Below are positions 38,626 through 47,169 of a DNA stretch of 64,000 nucleotides, piece by piece (positions within the stretch are counted from its first letter, which is position 1; the number at the start of each line of letters is the position of its first letter). Position numbers and translations under genes: made by a program. The stretch is taken from the NCBI GenBank assembly GCA_963833535.1, contig CAWHYC010000008.1:457738-521737 (forward strand), in the 5' to 3' direction. The stretch is from an uncultured Chloroflexia bacterium. GTDB lineage: Bacteria > Chloroflexota > Limnocylindria > Limnocylindrales > CSP1-4. A model generated the notes under the pieces. It saw nothing but the letters and a program-made list of their open reading frames with translations. It was not told the DNA's origin and made no database searches.

Positions 38626-39572
38626 TCGCGACCCGCGCCCAGGCCAAGGTCAACCTCGCCCTGGCCGTCGTCGGCCGCCGCGCGGATGGCTTCCACGATC
38701 TCGTCTCGGTCTTCGCACGCCTCGACCTGGCCGACGAGCTGACGGTCGAGCCCACGGATGGGCCGGATCGGCTCGAGATGGCCGACGGCTCGATCGCGCA
38801 TCGGCCCGGTGCTGACGACCTTGTGCTGCAGGCCGCGGCCCTCGTGCGGTCGGCCCGGGCTCCGGGCGCCAGCGGCCTGACCTTTCGCCTGACCAAGCAC
38901 GTGCCCCTGACGGCCGGGCTCGGGGGCGGCAGTGCCGATGCCGCTGCCGCGCTCGATCTCGCGGCCCGCGCCTGGGGGCTGACGCTGACGGACGACGAGC
39001 GGCTCATCCTCGCTGCGCGCCTGGGCTCGGACGTGCCGTTCTTCGCTGTGGACGTCGACGCTGCCCTGGTCACCGGCCGCGGTGAGCACCTCGAGCCGCT
39101 GCCCGGGCCCCTCGATCCGGTCGGCATCCTGCTCGTGACCAGCGCCACGGGGCTCTCTACACGGGCCGTCTTCGAGTCCTGGATGACGCTCGTCGACGCG
39201 TCAGCCGGTCGCACCCCACACGACGCGGACGCGGCACTGGCCGCACGCGACCTGGCCGCCACGCTAGCGGCAGGTTGTGCGGCGTCTGACGTGGTGGCCC
39301 TGGCCGGCAGGCTGCGGGATGCCAACGACCTGTGGCCAGCGGCGATCCGTCTGCGGCCCGACCTCGCCGACCTGCGCACGGGGCTCGAAGGGCGGCTCGA
39401 CCGGCCGCTCCTGCTCTCTGGCTCAGGCCCCACGCTGCTCGCTCTGTATCCTTCGAGGGCGGCTGCCGATGCCGTGGCGGCCGTGCTCCGGTCCGATCCC
39501 GCCTCCGCCGTTCCCGCTGCGGCGATACGGACGGCGACCTTCGAGCGCACCATCACAAGGGAGGCACGATGA
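38622..39572 (+). CDS. ispE: 4-diphosphocytidyl-2-C-methyl-D-erythritol kinase
   Basis: GTG 38622 (GTGA overlap). AKVNLALAVVGRR.DGFHDL, and the GHMP motif KHVPLTAGLGGGSADAAAAL. Confidence 0.88.
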   Translation: MIATRAQAKVNLALAVVGRRADGFHDLVSVFARLDLADELTVEPTDGPDRLEMADGSIAHRPGADDLVLQAAALVRSARAPGASGLTFRLTKHVPLTAGLGGGSADAAAALDLAARAWGLTLTDDERLILAARLGSDVPFFAVDVDAALVTGRGEHLEPLPGPLDPVGILLVTSATGLSTRAVFESWMTLVDASAGRTPHDADAALAARDLAATLAAGCAASDVVALAGRLRDANDLWPAAIRLRPDLADLRTGLEGRLDRPLLLSGSGPTLLALYPSRAAADAVAAVLRSDPASAVPAAAIRTATFERTITREAR

Positions 39573-39958
39573 ACCTGGAGCGCATCGCGACCGACGGGGC
39601 GCCCGCCGCCATCGGCCCCTACAGCCAGGCCATCGCGGCCGGCGACGTGGTCTTCTGCTCGGGCCAGCTGGGTCTCGACCCCTCGACCGGTGAGCTCGCC
39701 GATGGCATCGCCGCCCAGGCCGAGCGCGCCCTCACGAACCTGGGCGCGGTCCTCGAGGCGGCCGGCTGCAGCTATGCCGACGTCGCCAAGGTGAGCGTCT
39801 TCCTGGCTGATATCGCCGATTTCCCGACGCTCAACGGGGTCTACGCGACCTACTTCGGGGCGTCACCGCCGGCCCGTTCGACCTTCGCCGTCGGCGCCCT
39901 GCCGAAGGGTGGTCTGGTCGAGATCGAGGCCATCGCCGTTCGTCCGACAAATGGCTGA
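39569..39958 (+). CDS. ridA: RidA/YjgF family reactive-intermediate deaminase
   Basis: ATG 39569 (ATGA overlap, AAGGGAGG upstream). AIGPYSQA...SGQLGLDP.TGEL......RSTF.V..LPKGGLVEIEAIA. Confidence 0.88.
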   Translation: MNLERIATDGAPAAIGPYSQAIAAGDVVFCSGQLGLDPSTGELADGIAAQAERALTNLGAVLEAAGCSYADVAKVSVFLADIADFPTLNGVYATYFGASPPARSTFAVGALPKGGLVEIEAIAVRPTNG

Positions 39959-39983
39959 CGAGGCTGCCGTGGGCCAGCTGCGG

Positions 39984-40012
39984 TTGACACCCCGGGGCGG
40001 TCGGCTGAAGAT
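39984..40012 (+). promoter_or_regulatory. Candidate sigma-70-type promoter upstream of glmU
   Basis: TTGACA at 39984-39989, a 17-nt spacer, then GAAGAT at 40007-40012, in the 110-nt ridA-glmU gap. The -10 is weak. Confidence 0.3.
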
Positions 40013-40068
40013 TCCGGCCACCTGATGCCCACCGAGCCTGCCCAAACGCGCGCCGGGACGCCCGCCCG

Positions 40069-41469
40069 GTGACGACTCGCACGCCGTCGACCGCCGTCAT
40101 CATCCTCGCCGCCGGGCTGGGCACTCGGATGCGATCGCGGCGCGCCAAGGTCCTCCATCCGCTCTGCGGCCGGCCCATGCTGGCCTACGTCATCGACGCC
40201 GCCCGCGACGTCGCCGAGCGTCCGCTGGTGGTCATCTCACCCGCCAGCGAGGCCGCCCGCCAGGTCTTCGGCGAGACCGTCGAGTGGGTCGTCCAGGACC
40301 CGCCGCAGGGCACCGGCGATGCGCTCCAGGTGGCCATCTCGGCGATGACCGGCGAGCCCGACGAGGTCGTCGTGCTGAGCGGCGATACACCGCTCCTGAC
40401 CGGCGTCACCGTGCGCCGGCTCGTCGAGCGCCGTCGGACCACCAAGGCGGCCGTGGCGCTGGCCACGATGACGCCCGAGGATGCCACTGGTTACGGCCGC
40501 ATCGTGCGCGATCGGGATCAGGTCGCGCGCATCGTCGAGGACAAGGATGCCCGCAAGGCCGAGCGCGCCATTCCCGAGGTCAACGGCGGCCTGTACGTCT
40601 TCGACGGCGCCTGGCTGCGGGCGCACATCGGCGACCTGACGACGTCGAAGGCCACCGGCGAGCGTTACCTGACCGAGCTCGTCGCTCTGGCTCGAGCCGA
40701 TGGACGGCGGGTGCTGCCGGTCGAGATCGACGACGAGATGGAGCTCGCCGGCGTCAACGATCGCGTCCAGCTGGCGACCCTCGAAGCCGACCTCCGCTGG
40801 CGCGTCCTCGAGCGCCACATGCTGGCAGGCGTGACCATGCAGGACCCGACGACGACCTTCGTCGATGCCGACGTCGAGCTCGGTCAAGACGTCGTCCTCG
40901 AGCCCAACGTCCTGCTCCGTGGCCAGACTCGGATCGGTGCCGAGACCGTCATCGGCGCCAATTCCCGGCTCGTGGACGCCACGGTCGGCGAACGCTGCCT
41001 GATCGTCGCCAGCGTCCTCGAGTCTTGCGAAGTCGGCGACGACGTGCGCATCGGACCCTTCGCCCACCTGCGTGCCGGTGCCTCGATCGGCGATGCCGCC
41101 GAGCTCGGCAACTTCGCCGAGGTCAAGCAGAGTCGCGTCGGGCCACGCACCAAGCAGCACCACTTCAGCTACATCGGCGACGCCGACGTCGGCGCCGACG
41201 TGAACATCGGCGCGGGCACCATCACCGCCAACTACGACGGTCGACGCAAGAGCCGCACGATCATCGGCGACGGCGCGTTCATCGGCTCGGACTCGATGCT
41301 CATCGCGCCGGTCACCATCGGCGAGGGGGCGGTCACCGGTGCCGGCTCGGTGGTCACCAGGGACGTCCCGCCAGGCAAGATGGCGGTCGGCGTGCCGGCG
41401 CGCATCCGCGAGCGTCGTGAGCGGTCGTCGGAAGCCCCATCCGGTGCGGGCGACCCGGCGGATCGCTGA
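40069..41469 (+). CDS. glmU: Bifunctional UDP-N-acetylglucosamine pyrophosphorylase / glucosamine-1-phosphate N-acetyltransferase
   Basis: 466 aa, GTG start. ILAAGLGTRMRS..AKVLHPL.G.PML, and C-terminal left-handed beta-helix hexapeptide repeats. Confidence 0.93.
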   Translation: MTTRTPSTAVIILAAGLGTRMRSRRAKVLHPLCGRPMLAYVIDAARDVAERPLVVISPASEAARQVFGETVEWVVQDPPQGTGDALQVAISAMTGEPDEVVVLSGDTPLLTGVTVRRLVERRRTTKAAVALATMTPEDATGYGRIVRDRDQVARIVEDKDARKAERAIPEVNGGLYVFDGAWLRAHIGDLTTSKATGERYLTELVALARADGRRVLPVEIDDEMELAGVNDRVQLATLEADLRWRVLERHMLAGVTMQDPTTTFVDADVELGQDVVLEPNVLLRGQTRIGAETVIGANSRLVDATVGERCLIVASVLESCEVGDDVRIGPFAHLRAGASIGDAAELGNFAEVKQSRVGPRTKQHHFSYIGDADVGADVNIGAGTITANYDGRRKSRTIIGDGAFIGSDSMLIAPVTIGEGAVTGAGSVVTRDVPPGKMAVGVPARIRERRERSSEAPSGAGDPADR

Positions 41470-42797
41470 TGGACCCCATCCTGGCCATCGTCTTCATCCT
41501 CATCCTGGTCCTCCTCGAGGCCCTCTTCGTGGCCGCCGAGATCGCGCTGGTGACGGTCCGGCGGACGCGCATGGAGCAGCTCGCTGAGGAAGGCCACAAG
41601 GGCGCCAAACGGGTGCTCCGCCTCATCTCACGACCGGGACGCTTCCTGGCCGTCATCCAGATCGGCATCACCTTCGTGGCCCTGCTCGCCTCGGCCTTCG
41701 CGGCCGAAAGCCAGACGTCGGGCCTGCAGGCGTTCTTCGAGAGCATCCCCCTCCTGGCGCCATATGCGAACGCCCTGTCGCTGATCATCGTGACCGCTAT
41801 CGTCAGCCTCATCACCATCCTCTTCGGCGAGCTGCTGCCGAAGACGCTGGCCCTCGCCCACGCCGAGCGGTTTGCCATCATCGCGGCTCGCCCGGTCGAC
41901 CTCATGGGCCGCCTCTTCCGGCCGCTCGTCTGGGCCCTGACCGAGGCCACCAGCGCCATCACCCGGCTGCTTGGCGTCAGGGAGCCGAATCCCAACATGA
42001 TCTCGACCGAGGAGCTCAAGATCCTCGTCGAGCGCGGCGGCGAGCAGGGCATCCTGGAGGCGGAAGAGGAGCAGATGATCAGCGCCGTCATGGAGCTCGG
42101 CGAGAGCCGCATCCACGAGGTCATGGTGCCGCGCATCGACATGGTCGCCGTGCCGTTGACGGCCACGTACGACGAGATCGTCGACGCCATCGTGCGCGAG
42201 GGGCACTCGCGGATGCCCGTCTACGAGGAGACGGTCGACAACATCGTCGGGCTGCTCTACGCCAAGGACCTGCTGCCCTACCTCAAGGGCGGGACCGAGC
42301 TGCCGCCCATCCGGAGCACCCTGCGGCCGCCCCTCTTCGTGCCCGAATCGATGTCTGTCGACGACCTGCTCCACGAGATGCAGCGCCGACGTATCCACGT
42401 CGCCGTCGTGCTCGACGAGTACGGCGGCACGGCGGGTCTCGTCTCGCTCGAGGACCTGCTCGAGGAGATCGTGGGCGAGATCCAGGACGAATACGACGCC
42501 GAGGAGCCGATGGTCGAGCGCCTCTCGGACGACGAGGCGCGGATCGACGGACGCGCCGATGTCGACGAGCTGGTCGAGCTCTTCGGGGTCGACCTCGACC
42601 ATGAGGATGCCGAGGAGTACGACACCGTCGGCGGCCTCGTCTACCACCATGTCGGTGGCGTGCCCAAGGTCGGCGATCGTGTCGACCTCGACGGCGCCAC
42701 GTTGACCGTCGAGACGACCGATGGACGGCGCGTCGGCAAGGTGCTGGCGGTGCGCATCCACCGCGAACCGGAGCCCGACCTGGACACGGCAGGCTGA
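41469..42797 (+). CDS. Hemolysin-family membrane protein (DUF21 - CBS pair - CorC/HlyC C-terminal domain)
   Basis: 442 aa. N-terminal TM region, CBS pair (VMVPRIDMVAV..., VAVVLDEYGGTAGLVSLEDLLEEIVGEI.DE), and a CorC_HlyC-like C-terminus. Confidence 0.88.
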   Translation: MDPILAIVFILILVLLEALFVAAEIALVTVRRTRMEQLAEEGHKGAKRVLRLISRPGRFLAVIQIGITFVALLASAFAAESQTSGLQAFFESIPLLAPYANALSLIIVTAIVSLITILFGELLPKTLALAHAERFAIIAARPVDLMGRLFRPLVWALTEATSAITRLLGVREPNPNMISTEELKILVERGGEQGILEAEEEQMISAVMELGESRIHEVMVPRIDMVAVPLTATYDEIVDAIVREGHSRMPVYEETVDNIVGLLYAKDLLPYLKGGTELPPIRSTLRPPLFVPESMSVDDLLHEMQRRRIHVAVVLDEYGGTAGLVSLEDLLEEIVGEIQDEYDAEEPMVERLSDDEARIDGRADVDELVELFGVDLDHEDAEEYDTVGGLVYHHVGGVPKVGDRVDLDGATLTVETTDGRRVGKVLAVRIHREPEPDLDTAG

Positions 42798-42845
42798 GGT
42801 CCGCTGTCGCCGGCGGTGGTGCCGTCCGCGCGTTCCGGGTCGACC

Positions 42846-42854
42846 TGCTATCGT
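42846..42854 (+). promoter_or_regulatory. Candidate extended -10 element (TGCTATCGT) upstream of the META lipoprotein gene
   Basis: TGnTAnnnT read directly. About 50 nt upstream of ATG 42905, which has an AGGCAGGAG Shine-Dalgarno sequence. Confidence 0.35.
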
Positions 42855-42904
42855 CCGCGCGGGCCGCAGCCCGTCCCGATCCGCAGGCAGGAGTCAGCAG
42901 CCGC

Positions 42905-43343
42905 ATGAAGCACCGATCCCTCATCGTCCTCGTCGCCCTGACCGTCGCCTTCGCAGCGGCCGCCTGTTCATCCAGCAGCTCGTCGCCGTCGGCCGCCGGC
43001 TCCACCCTCGAGGGGACCTGGCAGTGGACCGCCTCGACCGAAGCCGTCCCGGCCAGTCAGTCGGTCGTGCCGGACCCCGAGAACTACACCATCACCTTCG
43101 CCTCTGACGGCACGTACACCGGCAAGGCGGACTGCAACCAGATCGCTGGCACGTACACGGTCGACGGTTCGAACCTGACCATCGCGCCCGGTCCGTCCAC
43201 GCTCGCCTTCTGCGGGGAGGCGTCGCTTGACGCGCATCTATCTGGCCGGGCTGGGCAAGGTCGCCACCTACGCCATCGCCGGCGACCAGCTGACTATGAC
43301 CTTCACCGACGACGCGGGGACGATGACCTTCACCAAGGCCTGA
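42905..43343 (+). CDS. META-domain (HslJ-like) lipoprotein (one frame break near 43230)
   Basis: Signal peptide plus lipobox MKHRSLIVLVALTVAFAAAAC. GTWQW...YTITFASDGTYTGKADCNQIAGTYTVDGSNLTI is META-like. The C-terminus IYLAGLGKVATYAIAGDQLTMTFTDDAGTMTFTKA* is in another frame. Confidence 0.75.
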
Positions 43344-43419
43344 CCGCTGGGCCGCACGGCCCGCGCAGCCATCAAACGGCCGTCGGCGCAGCAGCGCCGG
43401 CGGCCGATCGATTCGCGCG

Positions 43420-44466
43420 TCAGGCGCTGATGGCGGTCACGATGATCTGCTCCAGCCGCTCGCGCGCGACCGCGTCCACCGCCCCGGTCAGCGCCAGCTG
43501 GCGGACGGCCTCGTCGCGATACCAGCGCGCCTGCTCGCGCGTGTAGTCGCGGGCGCCCGAGCGCTCGATGATCCGGCGCGCCTCGTCGACCGCCTCGACG
43601 GACGGCGCTTCGAGATCAAGCAGCTCCGCCAGGCGCTCGCGATCCTCCGGGCCGCCATGCTCGAGCGCGTAGAGCGTGGGCAGGGTGCGCTTGTGCTCCG
43701 TCAGGTCGGCCGCTGCCTTGCCGGTGGCCGTCTCCTCGCCCCAGATGCCCAGCAGGTCGTCGTTGAGCTGGAAGGCGATGCCGAGCGCCCAGCCGAAGGC
43801 GCGATAGGCCTCGATGACCGCCGCGTCGTCGGTAGCCAGCATGGCGCCCGCCTGTACGGAGCCGGCGATGAGGGAGGCGGTCTTGCGACCGATCATGTCG
43901 AAATACAGCTCGACCGACTGGCGGCCATGGCCCTCCGAGGTCCAGATGTCGATGAACTGGCCCTCACACAGCGCCAGGCACGTCTCGTCGTAGAGGCGCA
44001 TCAGCGCCAGCACCTTGGCGTCGCTGAAGCCAAGCTCGGTCAGCCGATGGAGCGCCATGCGGGAGAGGACGAAGAGCGCGTCGCCGGTGTTGATGGCCTG
44101 CGGCACGCCGGTGATCGTCCACAGGGCCGCGCGATGGCGCCGCTCGGCGCCGTGGTCCTCGATGTCGTCGTGCACGAGGCTGAAGTTGTGGCCCAGCTCG
44201 ACCGCCGCCGCGCCCGGCAGGGCGGCCTCATACGACCCGGTCAGCGACTGGTAGGCGAGCAGTCCGAGGAGCGGCCGGAGGCGCTTGCCGCTGACGCCGT
44301 TCTGCCCGTCGAGGCCGAGGTGATAGCGCATCTGCTCGTACATCGGGCGAGTGGCCTCGTCCTCGGCCTCGGCGATGAGCTCGAGGATGGTCGCCTCGGT
44401 ATCGGCGATGAGCGCCTGGATGTCCGCGGTCGTCAGCACGCGAAAGATGATACCAGCGTCCAGCAT
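43420..44466 (-). CDS. Polyprenyl diphosphate synthase (trans-isoprenyl diphosphate synthase family)
   Basis: 348 aa. First Asp-rich motif LVHDDIEDHG and second NDDLLGIWG. Chain-length specificity is not inferable. Confidence 0.85.
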   Translation of the reverse strand: MLDAGIIFRVLTTADIQALIADTEATILELIAEAEDEATRPMYEQMRYHLGLDGQNGVSGKRLRPLLGLLAYQSLTGSYEAALPGAAAVELGHNFSLVHDDIEDHGAERRHRAALWTITGVPQAINTGDALFVLSRMALHRLTELGFSDAKVLALMRLYDETCLALCEGQFIDIWTSEGHGRQSVELYFDMIGRKTASLIAGSVQAGAMLATDDAAVIEAYRAFGWALGIAFQLNDDLLGIWGEETATGKAAADLTEHKRTLPTLYALEHGGPEDRERLAELLDLEAPSVEAVDEARRIIERSGARDYTREQARWYRDEAVRQLALTGAVDAVARERLEQIIVTAISA

Positions 44467-44504
44467 GTTTATCGAGCGTGCGCGACGCCTCGCGCCGAGC
44501 GGGA

Positions 44505-45386
44505 CTACCGGATGCGCAAGGACCCCAGCGCCGTGCGGGCGTCGATCTCGACGCGGTCCGGAGCCTTATCGAAGCCCGGCGTCTCATAGCCGCCGACGAC
44601 GGCGGGGAAGCGCGCCAGGTCGATCTCGCGGGTGCCAAGCACGGCGGTCGTGCGCACGCGTGCCGCCACGCCGCTCGGAACGGCGACATCGAGCGAGCCG
44701 ACGCCGGTCTCGGTCCGGATCCTGCTCACGCCACGTGCTGCCGCCTGCACGCGCACTGCGCTCGCGCCGGCGTGCACGATGAGCTCGTCGAGCTGGAGCT
44801 CGCGGCAGTCGAGCTCGACGTCGGCCGCACCGGTCTGCACGTCCAGCCGGATGGGCAGCTCACCACTCACGCCGATGGCCCAATCGCGCTGCAACCCGGG
44901 CACCCATTCCAGCCAGGGCGTGTCGCTCCGGAGGCGGACGCGACCGACACGATCGTGGACCACGTCGCCACCGACGATCATGCCGTCGACGAGATGACCC
45001 GGTCCCGCTCGGCCGACCCGAAGGTGACCGGCGCCGAAGGCGATGTCGATCTCGGCGCGCTCGGCTCCATCGAGGCCGACGCTGACCTGCTCGGCCGGTT
45101 GTGCGCTGGCGGGCGCGGCCGACGCTGGGCGGCCAGCGCTACTGGCACCGCGGCTCGGGACGGCCGCGGCGATGACCACGACGCCGAGCCCGACCAGGAC
45201 GAGCGGCAGCAGATATGGCGCGGCGGCCGCGAAGGCGGCCGGATCGGCGCCGTTGGCGACCCAGATGAATGCGATGAGCCCGATGAGGACGAAGAAGATG
45301 CCGATCGCGGTCGTGCCGCGGTCAAGGCGATGGTCGTGCATGGACAGACCCTCCTGCTCGAGAGTCTCCCCGAGGTGCCGCCCCAC
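44505..45386 (-). CDS. Membrane protein with a C-terminal beta-rich repeat domain (LiaF/DUF4097-like, tentative)
   Basis: Two N-terminal hydrophobic helices, an Ala/Ser-rich linker, then repetitive strands (IDIAFGAGHLRV, LDVQTGAADVELD, VHAGASAVRV, TETGVGSLDV). The start may be an internal ATG near 45341. Confidence 0.4.
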   Translation of the reverse strand: MGRHLGETLEQEGLSMHDHRLDRGTTAIGIFFVLIGLIAFIWVANGADPAAFAAAAPYLLPLVLVGLGVVVIAAAVPSRGASSAGRPASAAPASAQPAEQVSVGLDGAERAEIDIAFGAGHLRVGRAGPGHLVDGMIVGGDVVHDRVGRVRLRSDTPWLEWVPGLQRDWAIGVSGELPIRLDVQTGAADVELDCRELQLDELIVHAGASAVRVQAAARGVSRIRTETGVGSLDVAVPSGVAARVRTTAVLGTREIDLARFPAVVGGYETPGFDKAPDRVEIDARTALGSLRIR

Positions 45387-45454
45387 GTCGAGATGTCGGA
45401 GGTCACATTCGAGCTGACATCCGGCACGTCGCGAGCGGGGGTACGCTTCGAGCC

Positions 45455-46222
45455 GTGCCCGCGCCCCGCGTCTACCAGGTCACCGGCATCGTCCTCAGCC
45501 GCTTCGAGCTCGGTGAGGCCGACCGCGTGCTGACCGTCCTGACGCCCGACGCCGGCAAGATCCGGGTCATCGCCAAGGGCGTCCGTCGTCCGACAAGCCG
45601 CCTCGGCGGCAGCCTTGAGCCGTTCGCCGAGCTACGCCTCCAGCTGGCGCGCGGCCGGACCTTCGATGTCGTCACGCAGGTGCGCGTCCTGCACGCCTGG
45701 CTGCGGCTGCGCGATCGCCTCGAGTCCGCGGCCACGGCCTGGTACGTCGGCGAGCTGGCCGAGCGCTCGACCGAGGAGCAGGCGCCGGCGGAGCCGTTCT
45801 ACGCGCTCCTGCGGCGTGCCTTCCAGCTCCTCGACGACGGCATGGCTCCCGGTCGCGTGGCACGCTGGTTCGAGGTCGGCCTGACCGACGCCCTTGGTGT
45901 GCGGCCCGAGGTCGAGCGCTGCGTCGAATGCGACCGCGTGCTGGAGGAGACGGACACCTTCCGCTGGGCGCCGGCGCTCGGCGGCGCGCTCTGTCCCGCC
46001 CATCCCAATCCACCCGGTGAGTGGATACCCCTGTCGCTCAACGCGCTCAAGGTGCTGCGCGCCTACCGACGGCTCGACATCGAGGCCATCGCCCAGCTGC
46101 GCCTCACGGCGGCCACCGAGGCCGAGGTCGAGGGCGCCATGCGACGCTACGTCCGCCAGGCCCTCGAACGTGAGCCACGCTCGCTGGCCTTCCTCGACGA
46201 GGTCCGGGGCGCGCCCGGCTGA
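45455..46222 (+). CDS. recO: DNA repair protein RecO
   Basis: 255 aa, GTG start. N-terminal OB fold (GIVLSRFELGEADRVLTVLTPDAGKIRVIAKGVRR) and a zinc-finger region CVECD...CPAH. Confidence 0.88.
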   Translation: MPAPRVYQVTGIVLSRFELGEADRVLTVLTPDAGKIRVIAKGVRRPTSRLGGSLEPFAELRLQLARGRTFDVVTQVRVLHAWLRLRDRLESAATAWYVGELAERSTEEQAPAEPFYALLRRAFQLLDDGMAPGRVARWFEVGLTDALGVRPEVERCVECDRVLEETDTFRWAPALGGALCPAHPNPPGEWIPLSLNALKVLRAYRRLDIEAIAQLRLTAATEAEVEGAMRRYVRQALEREPRSLAFLDEVRGAPG

Positions 46223-46270
46223 CGAAGGGCGTCGCTCGCCATGGGAACGGAAGGATCAGCCCAGGAATCA

Positions 46271-46298
46271 GCGAGACCGGGCCTGCGCCCGGTCTCGC
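46271..46298. terminator. 12-bp GC-rich hairpin between convergent recO and the DUF1269 gene (candidate bidirectional terminator, no U-tract)
   Basis: gcgagaccgggc-ctgc-gcccggtctcgc read directly. Located in the 118-nt convergent gap. Confidence 0.45.
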
Positions 46299-46340
46299 GA
46301 ACGATCGTGGATCAGCTCCGGGTTCACCGGATCGCGGGAG

Positions 46341-46967
46341 TCAGGCGGGCGTCGCCTGGCCTTCCTTGGCGGCCTCTTCGATCTCGCCGGCCGTCGCGGC
46401 ATCGACCGGCTTCTCGGTCACCTTGGTCGCCTTGGGCATGGTCTCCTTGACCTGGGCCGTATCGGCGGTGTCGAAGAGCGCGACGATGCCCGAGCTGTCC
46501 GGCGGCAGCGAGCCCCGGAGGTCCTTCTCGAGGTCGATGAGTCGCGAGGTGTGGCGGATCTTGCCGATGGCGCTACCCGCGACGCCGCCGGCGACGGCCC
46601 CGGCCAGCAGGGAGGGCGGGAAGATGACGGCCAGCACGATGCCCGCGCCGACGCCCCACTTGAGGCCCTTCTTGGTGCTGTGCTCGGTCACCTTCTGGGC
46701 GTGGATCTTGCCCTCGGCGTCCGCGCGTACGACCGCCACCGCGTCGATGTGCAGGGATTGGGCGACCTCGGCGTCGCGCAGCGCCTGATACGTCTCCATG
46801 GCCGATTCCTGGTCGGCGAAGGCGGCCACGATGACCGTATGCGTGAAGTCGGTGGCGATGACGGCCTCGGCCTGGATGCCCGACTCGTCCGAAACCTCGG
46901 CCACGAGCACGGCGCCCTCGGCTGAGTCGGTCGCGGTGGGCGTGGTCTTCTGGGTCTCGTCGTTCAT
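46341..46967 (-). CDS. DUF1269-like membrane protein
   Basis: Start at ATG 46967 (GGAGAT upstream). The Gly-zipper segment GVGAGIVLAVIFPPSLLAGAVAGGVAGSAIGK followed by ...SLPPDSSGIVALF resembles DUF1269. Confidence 0.6.
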   Translation of the reverse strand: MNDETQKTTPTATDSAEGAVLVAEVSDESGIQAEAVIATDFTHTVIVAAFADQESAMETYQALRDAEVAQSLHIDAVAVVRADAEGKIHAQKVTEHSTKKGLKWGVGAGIVLAVIFPPSLLAGAVAGGVAGSAIGKIRHTSRLIDLEKDLRGSLPPDSSGIVALFDTADTAQVKETMPKATKVTEKPVDAATAGEIEEAAKEGQATPA

Positions 46968-47169
46968 GGTGGATCTCCCGAGCTCTGTGGACGTGGCCCC
47001 CGCTCGAATGTAGCAGGGGTCGCTCAAGCCTGCAGACGGCCATCCGGCCCTTCCGATCGCGAGGAGGTTCGCTCGGCCCAGAGCTCCCGGTCGGCGACCG
47101 TCGGCGTCGGCGGCCATGGGACAATAGCCGCCGTCCCTGCGCATCCGTAGCCGGAGCCCACGCTCGCCC

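Noticed and set aside
46968-47169. A T-box leader upstream of glyQS in the 200-nt divergent intergenic region.
   Set aside because: No T-box sequence (AGAGA...GGTGGTACCGCG-like) or specifier/antiterminator architecture is visible. There is only a small 5-bp hairpin (gggac...gtccc) and a -10-like TGGGACAAT.
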